Under the pieces are notes generated by a model, which had not been told where the DNA came from, ran no database searches, and saw only the letters and a list, made by a program, of their open reading frames with translations. The translations under genes were made by a program, and so were the position numbers. Shown here piece by piece: positions 39,041 through 47,018 of a stretch of 53,094 bases of DNA (within the stretch, counting starts at the first letter, position 1; each line of letters starts with the position of its first letter). Origin of the DNA: Candidatus Yanofskybacteria bacterium RIFCSPLOWO2_01_FULL_49_17 (GTDB lineage Bacteria; Patescibacteriota; Minisyncoccia; 2-02-FULL-40-12; GWA2-44-9); the NCBI GenBank assembly GCA_001795695.1, contig MGKO01000004.1, forward strand, positions 1 to 53,094, written 5' to 3'.

Positions 39041-39307
39041 TTGTTATTTCACCTCGGTTCTGATATAATCGGAGCCGAGAATAAGGTAGCAAATACGCGG
39101 TAGTATTTATCCGGCAATGGTTCGACAGGCTCACCACAAGCGGTGGCCGAAGTTCACGAAAGTGAGAACATCGAACAAATCCGGTTTATAAAAATACATC
39201 GAGTAACAGTTATCTTAATTATTCAGAGTGGTTTCAAACCAATCTAAGTAAACCAAACAAAAACAAAGAGACCAGCTGGGCGGATGCCGGCTAGTCCGGC
39301 GTTTTTT
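39041..39307 (+). ncRNA. Candidate independent ~230-nt ncRNA unit between rpsJ and rplC (identity unknown)
   Basis: Promoter TTGTTA-17-TATAAT (39041-39069) starts right after the rpsJ stop. Internal GNRA hairpins include gttcac-gaaa-gtgagaac. Terminator GCCGG-ctagt-CCGGC plus T6 (39286-39307) ends 6 nt before the rplC ATG. Confidence 0.4.
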
Positions 39308-39313
39308 GTGAAA

Positions 39314-39937
39314 ATGAACAAGTTTATTCTAGGTATAAAAGTGGGCATGAGCCAGATATTCAAGGAAGACGGAACGGTCGTTCCGGTTACGCTTGTTCAA
39401 ATTAAGCCCAATACTGTTGTTCAGATTAAAACTACCGAAAAAGATGGCTATCAGTCCGTCCAGCTTGGCATTGGCACCAAAAAGAAATTGACCAAGCCAC
39501 AGAAGGGCCACATGAAGAATCTCGGTAATTTTGCGGTATTGAAAGAATTTAAAACTACCGCCGCCATGCCTGCCGGCAGGCAGGAGTATAAGCAAGGCGA
39601 CATTTTGGAAGCAAGTGTCTTTGCAGAGGGTGAAAAGGTCAAAGTCACCGGCACAACCAAAGGTAAGGGCTTCCAAGGTGTGGTCAAACGTCATGGGTTC
39701 CGCGGTATGCCGGCCTCTCACGGCCATCATTCGGTGATGCGCCATGGCGGTTCCATCGGTCAGCGTTTTCCCCAGCACACCCTGCCGGGCATGCGCATGC
39801 CGGGCCGGATGGGCGACAATCGCTTGACCGTCCGCGGTCTGACCGTGGTCAAAGTGGATGCCGAGAAAGGCATTATCGCCATCAAAGGCGCGGTTCCCGG
39901 TAATAATGGTTCAATTGTGCAAATTATGACTCAGTAA
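39314..39937 (+). CDS. rplC: Ribosomal protein L3 with an in-frame (M)PAGRQ palindrome
   Basis: ILGIKVGMSQIF and TKGKGFQGVVKRHGF. Palindrome at 39569-39584. Confidence 0.9.
   Translation: MNKFILGIKVGMSQIFKEDGTVVPVTLVQIKPNTVVQIKTTEKDGYQSVQLGIGTKKKLTKPQKGHMKNLGNFAVLKEFKTTAAMPAGRQEYKQGDILEASVFAEGEKVKVTGTTKGKGFQGVVKRHGFRGMPASHGHHSVMRHGGSIGQRFPQHTLPGMRMPGRMGDNRLTVRGLTVVKVDAEKGIIAIKGAVPGNNGSIVQIMTQ
39569..39584. repeat. Palindrome P1 (left arm mutated) inside rplC
   Basis: atGCCTGCCGGCAGGCAGG, read as ATG CCT GCC GGC AGG CAG. Confidence 0.85.
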
Positions 39938-39995
39938 TCTACTAATGCAACCCGTTCAGATATTCGTACATTCGTACTAGATTAGTAATTCGTAG
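39938..39995. repeat. H7-type repeat spacer (ATTCGTA units)
   Basis: ctactaatg..attcgtacattcgtactagattagtaattcgtag followed by ATG. Confidence 0.5.
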
Positions 39996-40640
39996 ATGAT
40001 GGAATATCCTTTATACAACCAAGCCGCCGAGCAAATAGGAAATGTGGAATTGGCACAGAGCGTGTTCGGTTTGCCCATGAACAAAGACCTTTTATATCAG
40101 GTCGTTACTTCCATGATTGCCAATAAGCGCCAGGTCATTGCTCACGCCAAGGGTCGCGGAGAGGTCAGGGGCGGAGGCAAGAAACCTTGGCAGCAGAAAG
40201 GCACCGGCCGGGCCCGGCACGGCTCCATCCGTTCTCCGATCTGGAAGGGCGGCGGCGTTACTCATGGTCCGACCAAAGAGCGCAATTTCAAAAAAGCGGT
40301 GAACAAAAAAATGGTCCAGCAGGCCCTGCGGGTGGCGTTGTCGGATAAAGCCCGCGGCCGGCATATTGTGGTCGTGGACAATTTCAATATCTCCAAACCG
40401 AAAACCAAAGAGCTGGCCGGCATGCTGAAAAACTTTTCAAAAGTGGTCCAGAGATTGAACAGTATTTTGTTCGTCGTCCCGGACGGCAACAATGACCTGT
40501 ACAAAGCCGCCCGCAACATCCCTTACTTGACGACCATTGAAGCCAAAAATGTCAATCCCTTGGCCGTCTCGTCTTCGAAGCATGTTTTTATGCCGAAATC
40601 AGCTTTGCAAACGATTGAAAAAAGATTAATTAGAAATTAG
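39996..40640 (+). CDS. rplD: Ribosomal protein L4
   Basis: GGGKKPWQQKGTGRARHGSIRSPIWKGGGVTHGP. Confidence 0.95.
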   Translation: MMEYPLYNQAAEQIGNVELAQSVFGLPMNKDLLYQVVTSMIANKRQVIAHAKGRGEVRGGGKKPWQQKGTGRARHGSIRSPIWKGGGVTHGPTKERNFKKAVNKKMVQQALRVALSDKARGRHIVVVDNFNISKPKTKELAGMLKNFSKVVQRLNSILFVVPDGNNDLYKAARNIPYLTTIEAKNVNPLAVSSSKHVFMPKSALQTIEKRLIRN

Positions 40641-40653
40641 CAATTTTATAGCC

Positions 40654-41034
40654 ATGACCGCTTTATTCAGAAAAAGTAAAAAAGCAGAAGAAAAGAAAGA
40701 GGTTGAAAAGCCGGCTGTTGTTGAGTCGCCAAAGACCGAGCCGTCTGGAGGTCTGACCCGGACCAATCTAACCGTTCATATCAAACGGATATATGTCAGT
40801 GAAAAAGCGACCCGTGGCAAAGGACTGAATCAATATGTATTTGAGGCCACTTCCGATGCTAATCGGCCAGAAATTAAAAAAGAAGTTGAAAAGAAATACG
40901 GCGTCCATGTTCTAAGGGTCAATATATTGAACCGCAAATCAAAGAAAGTCACCGTCGGGCGACACGAAGGGCGTCGGCCTGCTTTGCGCAAGGCCATCGT
41001 CACCTTGAAAGAAGGAGAATCAATTCCAGAATAA
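40654..41034 (+). CDS. rplW: Ribosomal protein L23 (with N-terminal extension)
   Basis: YVSEKATRG...NQYVFEATSDANRPEIKKEVEKKYGV.V..VN. Confidence 0.9.
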   Translation: MTALFRKSKKAEEKKEVEKPAVVESPKTEPSGGLTRTNLTVHIKRIYVSEKATRGKGLNQYVFEATSDANRPEIKKEVEKKYGVHVLRVNILNRKSKKVTVGRHEGRRPALRKAIVTLKEGESIPE

Positions 41035-41867
41035 TGGCTAAGAACTACAAACCAACAACTTCATCGCGCCGCCACATGCAGGGATATGATTTCTCGGGTC
41101 TTTCGGATTTGAGTCCTTTGAAATCTCGTGTCCATGGCTACAAGAAATCATACGGCCGGAATAATCAGGGCCGCATCACCGGCGGCCGCCAGGGCCGAGG
41201 CGGAGGAGCCAAACAGCTCTACCGCGAGGTTGACTTCAAGCAGGACAAGTTTAATGTGCCGGGCACGGTTGTAGCTTTGGAATACGATCCGAATCGGACT
41301 ACCCGCGTCGCTCGCGTTCACTATAAAGACGGCGACAAGCGCTACATCTTGGCTCCCCAGGAGCTCAAAGTCGGGGACACGGTCATCACTTCCGAGCAGG
41401 GCTTATTGAGGCCTGGTAACCGCATGAAGTTAAAGAACATCCCGCAGGGCTCGCTTGTTCATAATATTGAGATACATCCTTCAAGCGGCGGCAAAATGGT
41501 CCGCTCGGCCGGTTCGGCCGCTTCGGTATTGGCCAGCGAGGGCGGTTACGTCCAACTGGTGATGCCGTCATCGGAGACCCGTTTGGTCTCTGGCGAGTGC
41601 TACGCTTCCATCGGCCAGTTATCCAATCAGGAGCACAGCTCCATCTCGCTGGGTAAAGCCGGCCGCACCCGTTGGCTCGGCCGCCGGCCGAAGGTCCGCG
41701 GCACGGTCATGAACCCGGTTGACCATCCGTACGGCGGAGGAGAGGGCCGCCAGGGCCGCGGCACGCGCCGGCCGAAGACCGCGCAGGGAAAGGTCACCGG
41801 CGGCCGCAAGACCCGCAACAAGAAAAAGAAATCAAATAAGTTCATTGTCCGCCGACGCCAGAAATAG
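41034..41867 (+). CDS. rplB: Ribosomal protein L2
   Basis: GRNNQGRIT, VHNIE..PS.GGKMVRSAG, MNPVDHPYGGGEG. Confidence 0.95.
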   Translation: MAKNYKPTTSSRRHMQGYDFSGLSDLSPLKSRVHGYKKSYGRNNQGRITGGRQGRGGGAKQLYREVDFKQDKFNVPGTVVALEYDPNRTTRVARVHYKDGDKRYILAPQELKVGDTVITSEQGLLRPGNRMKLKNIPQGSLVHNIEIHPSSGGKMVRSAGSAASVLASEGGYVQLVMPSSETRLVSGECYASIGQLSNQEHSSISLGKAGRTRWLGRRPKVRGTVMNPVDHPYGGGEGRQGRGTRRPKTAQGKVTGGRKTRNKKKKSNKFIVRRRQK

Positions 41868-41932
41868 AAACTAGGAAATAGGTTATAGGAAATAGCTGTA
41901 ACCTAAAATCCTATAACCTATAAGCTAATAAT
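41868..41932. repeat. H7 hairpin (ATAGG / CCTAT family)
   Basis: A 13-nt core ataggttatagga pairs with tcctataacctat, flanked by heptamer-periodic sequence. Ends 9 nt before the ATG. Confidence 0.7.
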
Positions 41933-42286
41933 ATGTCACGAAGTTTAAAAAAGGGACCATTCGTAGATCAGAGGTTATTGAAGAAGATAGCCAATTTGAA
42001 GGCGGGCGATAAGACCGTCATCAAGACCTGGTCCCGCGCCTGTACCATTGTGCCCGAGATGATTGGATTTACTTTCGGCGTCCACAACGGCCGCATCCAT
42101 CTTCCCGTGTTCATAAGCGAGGACATGGTCGGACACAAACTGGGGGAGTTTGCCCATACTCGCAAGTTCAGCCGTCACGGCGGCAAGATGCAGCGCGAGA
42201 TGGAAGCGGCAGCCAAGCAGAAGGAGATTGATGCCGCCCAGGCCGCCAAAGCGCCGCCAGCCGAGGCAAAAGCAGAAGGAAATTGA
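41933..42286 (+). CDS. rpsS: Ribosomal protein S19 (C-terminal extension)
   Basis: [33 protein letters not shown]. Confidence 0.95.
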   Translation: MSRSLKKGPFVDQRLLKKIANLKAGDKTVIKTWSRACTIVPEMIGFTFGVHNGRIHLPVFISEDMVGHKLGEFAHTRKFSRHGGKMQREMEAAAKQKEIDAAQAAKAPPAEAKAEGN

Positions 42287-42352
42287 TTAGCTTATAGGAA
42301 ATAGGTGATAGAAAAACTATAACCTAAAATCCTAAAACCTAAAACCTAGAAG
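42287..42352. repeat. H7 hairpin (ATAGG / CCTAA family)
   Basis: cttataggaaataggtgatag .. ctataacctaaaatcctaaaacctaaaacctag. Confidence 0.65.
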
Positions 42353-42859
42353 ATGGCAACCGTAAAAGCACAATTGATGAACGCCCGATTGGCTCCGCGC
42401 AAGGTGCGGCTGATAGTCAATTTGGTCAAAGGCAAAAACGCCCAGGCAGCCTTAGAGCAGCTGGCTTTTGTCATACGCCGTCCGGCCGAGCCCATAGCTA
42501 AACTCATAAAATCGGCCATTGCCAACGCGACCAATAATTTCAATATGGTGGCGAGCAACTTGTACATCAAAGATTTCTATGTGGATGAGGGAGTGAAATT
42601 GAAGCGCTACCGACCGGCCGGTTTTGGCCGGACCCGCGAGGTCCACAAGAAGACCAGCAATATTCATCTGATATTGGCCGAAAAAGTGCCCGGCCTGAAA
42701 AGTGAAGCAGTTAAGAAGAAGGAAGAAAAGCACGAACATAAGATTGACGTCCAAATAAAGTCAAAGACAGATAAACCAGAAATAAAGACCGAACTGGGGA
42801 AGAAAGATAAAACCAGAGGTGGGTTCATGAGAAAAATGTTTCAACGCAAATCAATTTAA
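42353..42859 (+). CDS. rplV: Ribosomal protein L22 (C-terminal extension)
   Basis: ARLAPRKVRLIVNLVKGKNAQAALEQL and YVDEG..LKR..P...GR. Confidence 0.9.
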   Translation: MATVKAQLMNARLAPRKVRLIVNLVKGKNAQAALEQLAFVIRRPAEPIAKLIKSAIANATNNFNMVASNLYIKDFYVDEGVKLKRYRPAGFGRTREVHKKTSNIHLILAEKVPGLKSEAVKKKEEKHEHKIDVQIKSKTDKPEIKTELGKKDKTRGGFMRKMFQRKSI

Positions 42860-42900
42860 GTAATTATCCGAGAGCGAGAGCGATTGGAAATAATTGCTTA

Positions 42901-43059
42901 CCCCCTCTTTCTATCATGTATTCACAATATAGACAAAATGGTAAAAATTAATTATAATCAAACATCTTTGTCTTCTTATTAAGACAAGAAAGAGGGGGTC
43001 GCAAGTTTGTGGCAGCTCGTCTGCTCGCTGACTCGCACTTCCTCGCCGACAAACATCCG
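42901..43059 (+). promoter_or_regulatory. T1 element upstream of rpsC
   Basis: 5' arm CCCCCTCTTTC (42901-42911), loop promoter TAGACA-17-TATAAT (42930-42958), 3' arm GAAAGAGGGGG (42988-42998), and conserved leader GTTTGTGGCAGCTCGTCTGCT..CTTCCTCGCCGACAAAC ending at the ATG. Confidence 0.6.
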
Positions 43060-43719
43060 ATGGGACAAAAAATATCACCAATTTCGCTCCGCACCGGTAT
43101 TCAAAAGGATTGGCTCTCCCGCTGGTTTGGCGGCCGCAAATATATTCCTTATCTGAAAGATGACCTGAAGGTCCGTTCATTTCTTGAGAAGAAATTAAGG
43201 GGCATGAGCGTGGCCGACATTCAAATAGAGAGAGGGACCGACACCCTTAACATTATCATTACTACCGCTCGGCCGGGGCTTATCATCGGCCGCGGGGGAA
43301 CCGGCATCGAAGACCTTAAGAAATCCGTCCAGCGCCTGCTCAAAAAGAAGATAGCTGTCCGTCTTGAAGTTCAGGAAATAAAATATCCAGAATTGTCAGC
43401 CGCGGTCATGGCCGAATCAATGGTTGAGCAAATAGAGAAGCGTATTCCGTTCAGGCGGATAATGAAAATGACCTTACAGAAAATGATGTCCAACAAGCAG
43501 GTCAAAGGCGCTAAGCTCCAGATGGGCGGCCGTTTGGATGGCGCCGAGATTGCCCGCTCCGAGCACTTGGAAGAGGGTAACCTGCCGCTTCAGACCTTGC
43601 GCGCCGATATTGATTTTGCTAAGGCCACTGCTCATACAACCTACGGCACCATCGGAATCAAAGTTTGGATATACAAAGGCGAAAAATTTGAAGATGCCCG
43701 CAACGGCGGCGAGCGGTAA
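43060..43719 (+). CDS. rpsC: Ribosomal protein S3
   Basis: MGQKISPISLR, KH domain GRGG.GIE.L. The track start GTG 43009 lies inside the T1 leader. Confidence 0.9.
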   Translation: MGQKISPISLRTGIQKDWLSRWFGGRKYIPYLKDDLKVRSFLEKKLRGMSVADIQIERGTDTLNIIITTARPGLIIGRGGTGIEDLKKSVQRLLKKKIAVRLEVQEIKYPELSAAVMAESMVEQIEKRIPFRRIMKMTLQKMMSNKQVKGAKLQMGGRLDGAEIARSEHLEEGNLPLQTLRADIDFAKATAHTTYGTIGIKVWIYKGEKFEDARNGGER

Positions 43720-43730
43720 CATCTTCAAAA

Positions 43731-43886
43731 CCCCTCTTTTCAAATAAATAAAGAGGTGGACAAAATATTAAAAATAGATTAAAATATAACAGCTTAATCA
43801 CAGTAATACGATAGAAAAGAGGGAGTCGCAAGTTTGTAACAGCTCGGCTGTTCGCAAACTCACAACTCCTCGCTGACAAACATCCC
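43731..43886 (+). promoter_or_regulatory. T1 element upstream of rplP
   Basis: 5' arm CCCCTCTTTTC, loop promoter TGGACA-17-TAAAAT (43757-43785), 3' arm GAAAAGAGGGA, and the conserved leader ending at the ATG. Confidence 0.6.
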
Positions 43887-44297
43887 ATGCAACCAGCCAG
43901 AGTAAAACACACCAAGACCCATAAAGGCCGCAACCAGGCCCGCAAACAGTTCGCTACCCGCGGGACCCATTTGAGCTTCGGCAGCTTCGGCCTGAAAGCA
44001 GAAGAAGCCGCCTGGCTTAAAGCTAATCAACTTGAGTCGGCCCGAAAGGTCATGGCCCGTTTCATTCAGCGCGGAGGCAAGATCTGGACCAGGGTTTTTC
44101 CGGATAAACCGCGGACGGCCCGCAGTCCCGAATTGGGCATGGGCGGCGGCGCCGGAGGGTTGTCCCATTTCGTGGCCCCGGTCCAGATCGGCCGCGTTAT
44201 TTTTGAGATAGACGGTCTGCCGGAGGCGTCGGCCCGCGAGGCCTTGCGTCTGGGCGCCCACAAATTGCCGATAAAGACGAGGATTATTGCCCGTTAA
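43887..44297 (+). CDS. rplP: Ribosomal protein L16
   Basis: [15 protein letters not shown] and FGSFGLKA. Confidence 0.95.
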   Translation: MQPARVKHTKTHKGRNQARKQFATRGTHLSFGSFGLKAEEAAWLKANQLESARKVMARFIQRGGKIWTRVFPDKPRTARSPELGMGGGAGGLSHFVAPVQIGRVIFEIDGLPEASAREALRLGAHKLPIKTRIIAR

Positions 44298-44298
44298 T

Positions 44299-44547
44299 AT
44301 GACTACCAATCAATCACAACCGAGAAAATTGCAGGGTCTGGTCACTTCCGATAAAATGACCAAAACGGTGGTGGTTTCGGTTACCCGCATGAAGAAGCAT
44401 CCCAAGTATAAGAAATTCTTCAAAGTGACCGCCAAGTTCAAAGCCCACAATCCAGATAACGCCTATCACACCGGCGATAAGGTCATCATTCAGGAAACCA
44501 GGCCTATGTCAAAAGAAAAACGCTGGCTAGTCATCAGTAAACTTTAA
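44299..44547 (+). CDS. rpsQ: Ribosomal protein S17 (follows L16 directly; no L29 gene in between)
   Basis: [26 protein letters not shown] and GD.V.I.E.RP.SK.K.W. Confidence 0.9.
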   Translation: MTTNQSQPRKLQGLVTSDKMTKTVVVSVTRMKKHPKYKKFFKVTAKFKAHNPDNAYHTGDKVIIQETRPMSKEKRWLVISKL

Positions 44548-44628
44548 AGCTTATTAGCTTCTTAGCTTATCAGCTGATTAGGGCAACCTAATAAGCTAGT
44601 CAGCTAGGAAGCTAATCACCTAAAAAAT
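44548..44628. repeat. H7 hairpin, AGCTAAT family
   Basis: gcttattagcttcttagcttatcagctgattaggg-caa-cctaataagctagtcagctaggaagctaatc. About 30 bp, imperfect, with G:U pairs. Confidence 0.75.
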
Positions 44629-44994
44629 ATGTTGCAACTACGTTCAATAGTAGAAGTGGCGGACAATTCAGGCGCAAAACGCGTCGGCATTTTCAAAGTG
44701 CTTGGCGGCTCGCGCCGGCGCTACGCCCAGATCGGAGACATTGTCGTCGCTTCGGTCAAAGTGGCCGAGCCGCGCAAAAGCGTCAAGAAAAAAGATGTGG
44801 TGAGGTGCGTCGTTGTCCGCCAGAGAAATCCCTACCGCCGCAAGGACGGCACTTATGTCCGTTTTGACGCCAACGCGGTGGTTCTGTTGGACGGCATGGA
44901 GCCCAAAGGCGGACGCATCTTCGGACCGATACCGAGGGAAATTAAAGAAAAAGGGTTTAACACGATTGCTTCGCTCGCTAGCGAACTTGTATAA
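44629..44994 (+). CDS. rplN: Ribosomal protein L14
   Basis: ADNSGAK....KVLGGS.RRYA.IGD. Confidence 0.95.
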   Translation: MLQLRSIVEVADNSGAKRVGIFKVLGGSRRRYAQIGDIVVASVKVAEPRKSVKKKDVVRCVVVRQRNPYRRKDGTYVRFDANAVVLLDGMEPKGGRIFGPIPREIKEKGFNTIASLASELV

Positions 44995-44995
44995 C

Positions 44996-45100
44996 CCCGT
45001 TAGAAATCACGAACAACCATGAAAAAAATGATAAATAACCAAATAAACCAGACCAGCCACCGTTTCAAAACGGTGGACGGATTGTTTGATTTCTAACGGG
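44996..45100. repeat. T2 element copy a (105 nt, TIR CCCGTTAGAAATCA / TGATTTCTAACGGG)
   Basis: Identical to 46029-46133 and 46321-46425. Starts 1 nt after the rplN stop and ends at the rplX ATG. The inner hairpin CCACCGTTT-caaa-ACGGTGG is present. A 25-codon mini-ORF spans 45019-45096. Confidence 0.9.
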
Positions 45101-45406
45101 ATGAAGATTAAGAAGGGCGACAACGTGAAAATGCTGGGCGGGAAAGACCGGAACAAGACCGGCAAGGTTTTGGCCGTGATGCCTGCCGAAAATCTGCTGG
45201 TCATTGAGGGTTTAAATCTTGTTAAAAAACATACCCGGGCCAGAAAGCAGGGCCAAAAGGGACAGATCATCCATAAAGAACGGGCTGTCAGCGCGGCCAG
45301 TGTTGCTCTTGTCTGCAGGTCTTGCGGTAAGGCGACCCGCGTCGGCTATAAACTGACCGGTGACGCGAAAATCCGTGTTTGTAAAAAGTGTCAATCCGAG
45401 ATATAA
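45101..45406 (+). CDS. rplX: Ribosomal protein L24
   Basis: MKIKKGDNV.....KD..KTGKV. The MISNG prefix in the track is translated T2 repeat. Confidence 0.9.
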   Translation: MKIKKGDNVKMLGGKDRNKTGKVLAVMPAENLLVIEGLNLVKKHTRARKQGQKGQIIHKERAVSAASVALVCRSCGKATRVGYKLTGDAKIRVCKKCQSEI

Positions 45407-45490
45407 TCCTAATCCGCGAATGACATCCGAATGCCGCAAATACCAACCAAAAACATTCGTATCATTCGCATGAATTTGTAAATCAGCATC
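45407..45490. repeat. H7 hairpin (CGAATG / CATTCG units)
   Basis: ccgcgaatgacatccgaatgccgc .. aacattcgtatcattcgcatg. Confidence 0.6.
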
Positions 45491-46036
45491 ATGACTAGCT
45501 TACTGCAAAATTACCGAAAGAACGTCATTCCTGCCCTACAGAAAGAGTTTCATATTGGCAACGCTATGGCTGCGCCCAAGATCGTCAAAGTTACGATCAA
45601 TACCGGTGTCGGGAGATTTGCCAAAGACGACAAAACCCTGGAGCGTATTGCTAAGGACATAGCCATACTTTCAGGCCAAAAGCCGGTCTTCCGGGCGGCC
45701 AAAAAGTCCATCGCCAGTTTTAAGGTCCGGCAGGGCGTGCCAGTCGGTATTTCGGTCACTCTCCGCGGCCAGCGCATGTATGACTTCATCAGCCGTCTGA
45801 TAAATATCGCATTGCCCCGCTCCAGGGACTTTCGCGGGATTGAAACGAAGAACATAGACCGGAACGGCAATCTGAATCTCGGTCTGCGCGAGTCCAGCAT
45901 TTTCCCGGAGCTCAATTATGAGAATATGAAAGACATTTTCAGCTTGGAGGTTTCAGTCACCACCACGGCCAAGACCCATGAGCAGGGCGTGGCATTATTA
46001 AAGCACTTAGGTTTTCCAATCAAAAAATCCCGTTAG
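45491..46036 (+). CDS. rplE: Ribosomal protein L5
   Basis: PKIVKVTINTGVG and FRGI....D..GN.N.G. The stop codon TAG is supplied by the T2 terminal repeat. Confidence 0.95.
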   Translation: MTSLLQNYRKNVIPALQKEFHIGNAMAAPKIVKVTINTGVGRFAKDDKTLERIAKDIAILSGQKPVFRAAKKSIASFKVRQGVPVGISVTLRGQRMYDFISRLINIALPRSRDFRGIETKNIDRNGNLNLGLRESSIFPELNYENMKDIFSLEVSVTTTAKTHEQGVALLKHLGFPIKKSR

Positions 46037-46133
46037 AAATCACGAACAACCATGAAAAAAATGATAAATAACCAAATAAACCAGACCAGCCACCGTTTCA
46101 AAACGGTGGACGGATTGTTTGATTTCTAACGGG
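46029..46133. repeat. T2 element copy b
   Basis: 100% identical to copy a. Ends at the rpsN ATG. Confidence 0.9.
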
Positions 46134-46319
46134 ATGGCCAAAAAATCCACAATTGCCCGTTCCAATAAGAAGCCCAAGTTTTCTACCCGAACAGTCAGGC
46201 GCTGTTTCCTGTGCGGCCGCAAGGGCGGCTACATCGGCAGATTTGGTCTCTGCAGAATCCATTTTCGTGAATTGGCCAGTGCCGGACTTTTACCCGGAGT
46301 TAAAAAATCAAGCTGGTAA
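46134..46319 (+). CDS. rpsN: Ribosomal protein S14, zinc-binding short (type Z) form
   Basis: C.LCGR..G....[19 protein letters not shown]. Confidence 0.9.
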   Translation: MAKKSTIARSNKKPKFSTRTVRRCFLCGRKGGYIGRFGLCRIHFRELASAGLLPGVKKSSW

Positions 46320-46320
46320 T

Positions 46321-46425
46321 CCCGTTAGAAATCACGAACAACCATGAAAAAAATGATAAATAACCAAATAAACCAGACCAGCCACCGTTTCAAAACGGTG
46401 GACGGATTGTTTGATTTCTAACGGG
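46321..46425. repeat. T2 element copy c
   Basis: 100% identical to copies a and b. Ends at the rpsH ATG. Confidence 0.9.
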
Positions 46426-46824
46426 ATGGACCCAATATCAGACATGCTCAACCGAATAAAGACCGCTTCAATGGCCCGTCAAGACCAGGTGATGATGCCG
46501 TTCTCAAAGATGAAATTAGCGATAGCCGATGTTCTTTTGAGTGCAGGATACATTTCCGGCGCAGAGAGAAAGAGCAAGAAACATAAAAAATCAGAGCATG
46601 AATACCTACTTATAGGATTGAAATACAACGACGGGACATCAGCCATCTCCGGTATTAGGATGATCAGCCGGCAGTCCCGACGGATGTACCTGACGGCTGA
46701 TGAGATAAAACCGGTCCGTTCCGGTCACGGTCTGGCCATCCTCTCCACCTCCAAAGGAGTGATGAGCTCCCGTGATGCCCGCAAACAGCATGTCGGCGGA
46801 GAGATAATTTGTGAAATCTGGTAA
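46426..46824 (+). CDS. rpsH: Ribosomal protein S8
   Basis: DPISDMLNRIK and GGEIICEIW. Confidence 0.95.
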   Translation: MDPISDMLNRIKTASMARQDQVMMPFSKMKLAIADVLLSAGYISGAERKSKKHKKSEHEYLLIGLKYNDGTSAISGIRMISRQSRRMYLTADEIKPVRSGHGLAILSTSKGVMSSRDARKQHVGGEIICEIW

Positions 46825-46865
46825 GCGAATGTCCAAGAGCGTAAGCGATTGGCGACAGTCGCTTA

Positions 46866-47018
46866 CCCCCTCCTTTTATCATGAATATACGAATGGACAA
46901 TAATACAAAAATAGATTATAATAACACAGTTTTTCATTTAATATAAAGATAAAAAGGAGGGGGTGACGAGTTTTATAACTGCTCGTCTGCTTCGCAACTC
47001 CTCGCAGATAAAATCGTT
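46866..47018 (+). promoter_or_regulatory. T1 element upstream of rplF
   Basis: 5' arm CCCCCTCCTTTT, loop promoter TGGACA-17-TATAAT (46894-46922), 3' arm AAAAGGAGGGGG (46952-46963). The helix GACGAgTTTTAT/ATAAAATCGTT ends at the ATG. Confidence 0.6.

Noticed and set aside
45086-45100. The N-terminal MISNG(M) extensions of rplX, rpsN and rpsH, and the ..ISNGM extension of map, in the ORF track.
   Set aside because: The identical prefix is a translation of the T2 terminal repeat (gatttctaacggg). The canonical protein N-termini (MKIKKGD, MAKKS, MDPISDMLNRIK, MKLKTPEEI) begin at the ATG right after the repeat.
44996-46425. Identical 105-nt repeats at short intervals could suggest a CRISPR-like array.
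   Set aside because: The 'spacers' are full ribosomal protein genes of very different lengths (928 and 187 nt). The repeats are long TIR hairpins, and no cas genes are nearby.
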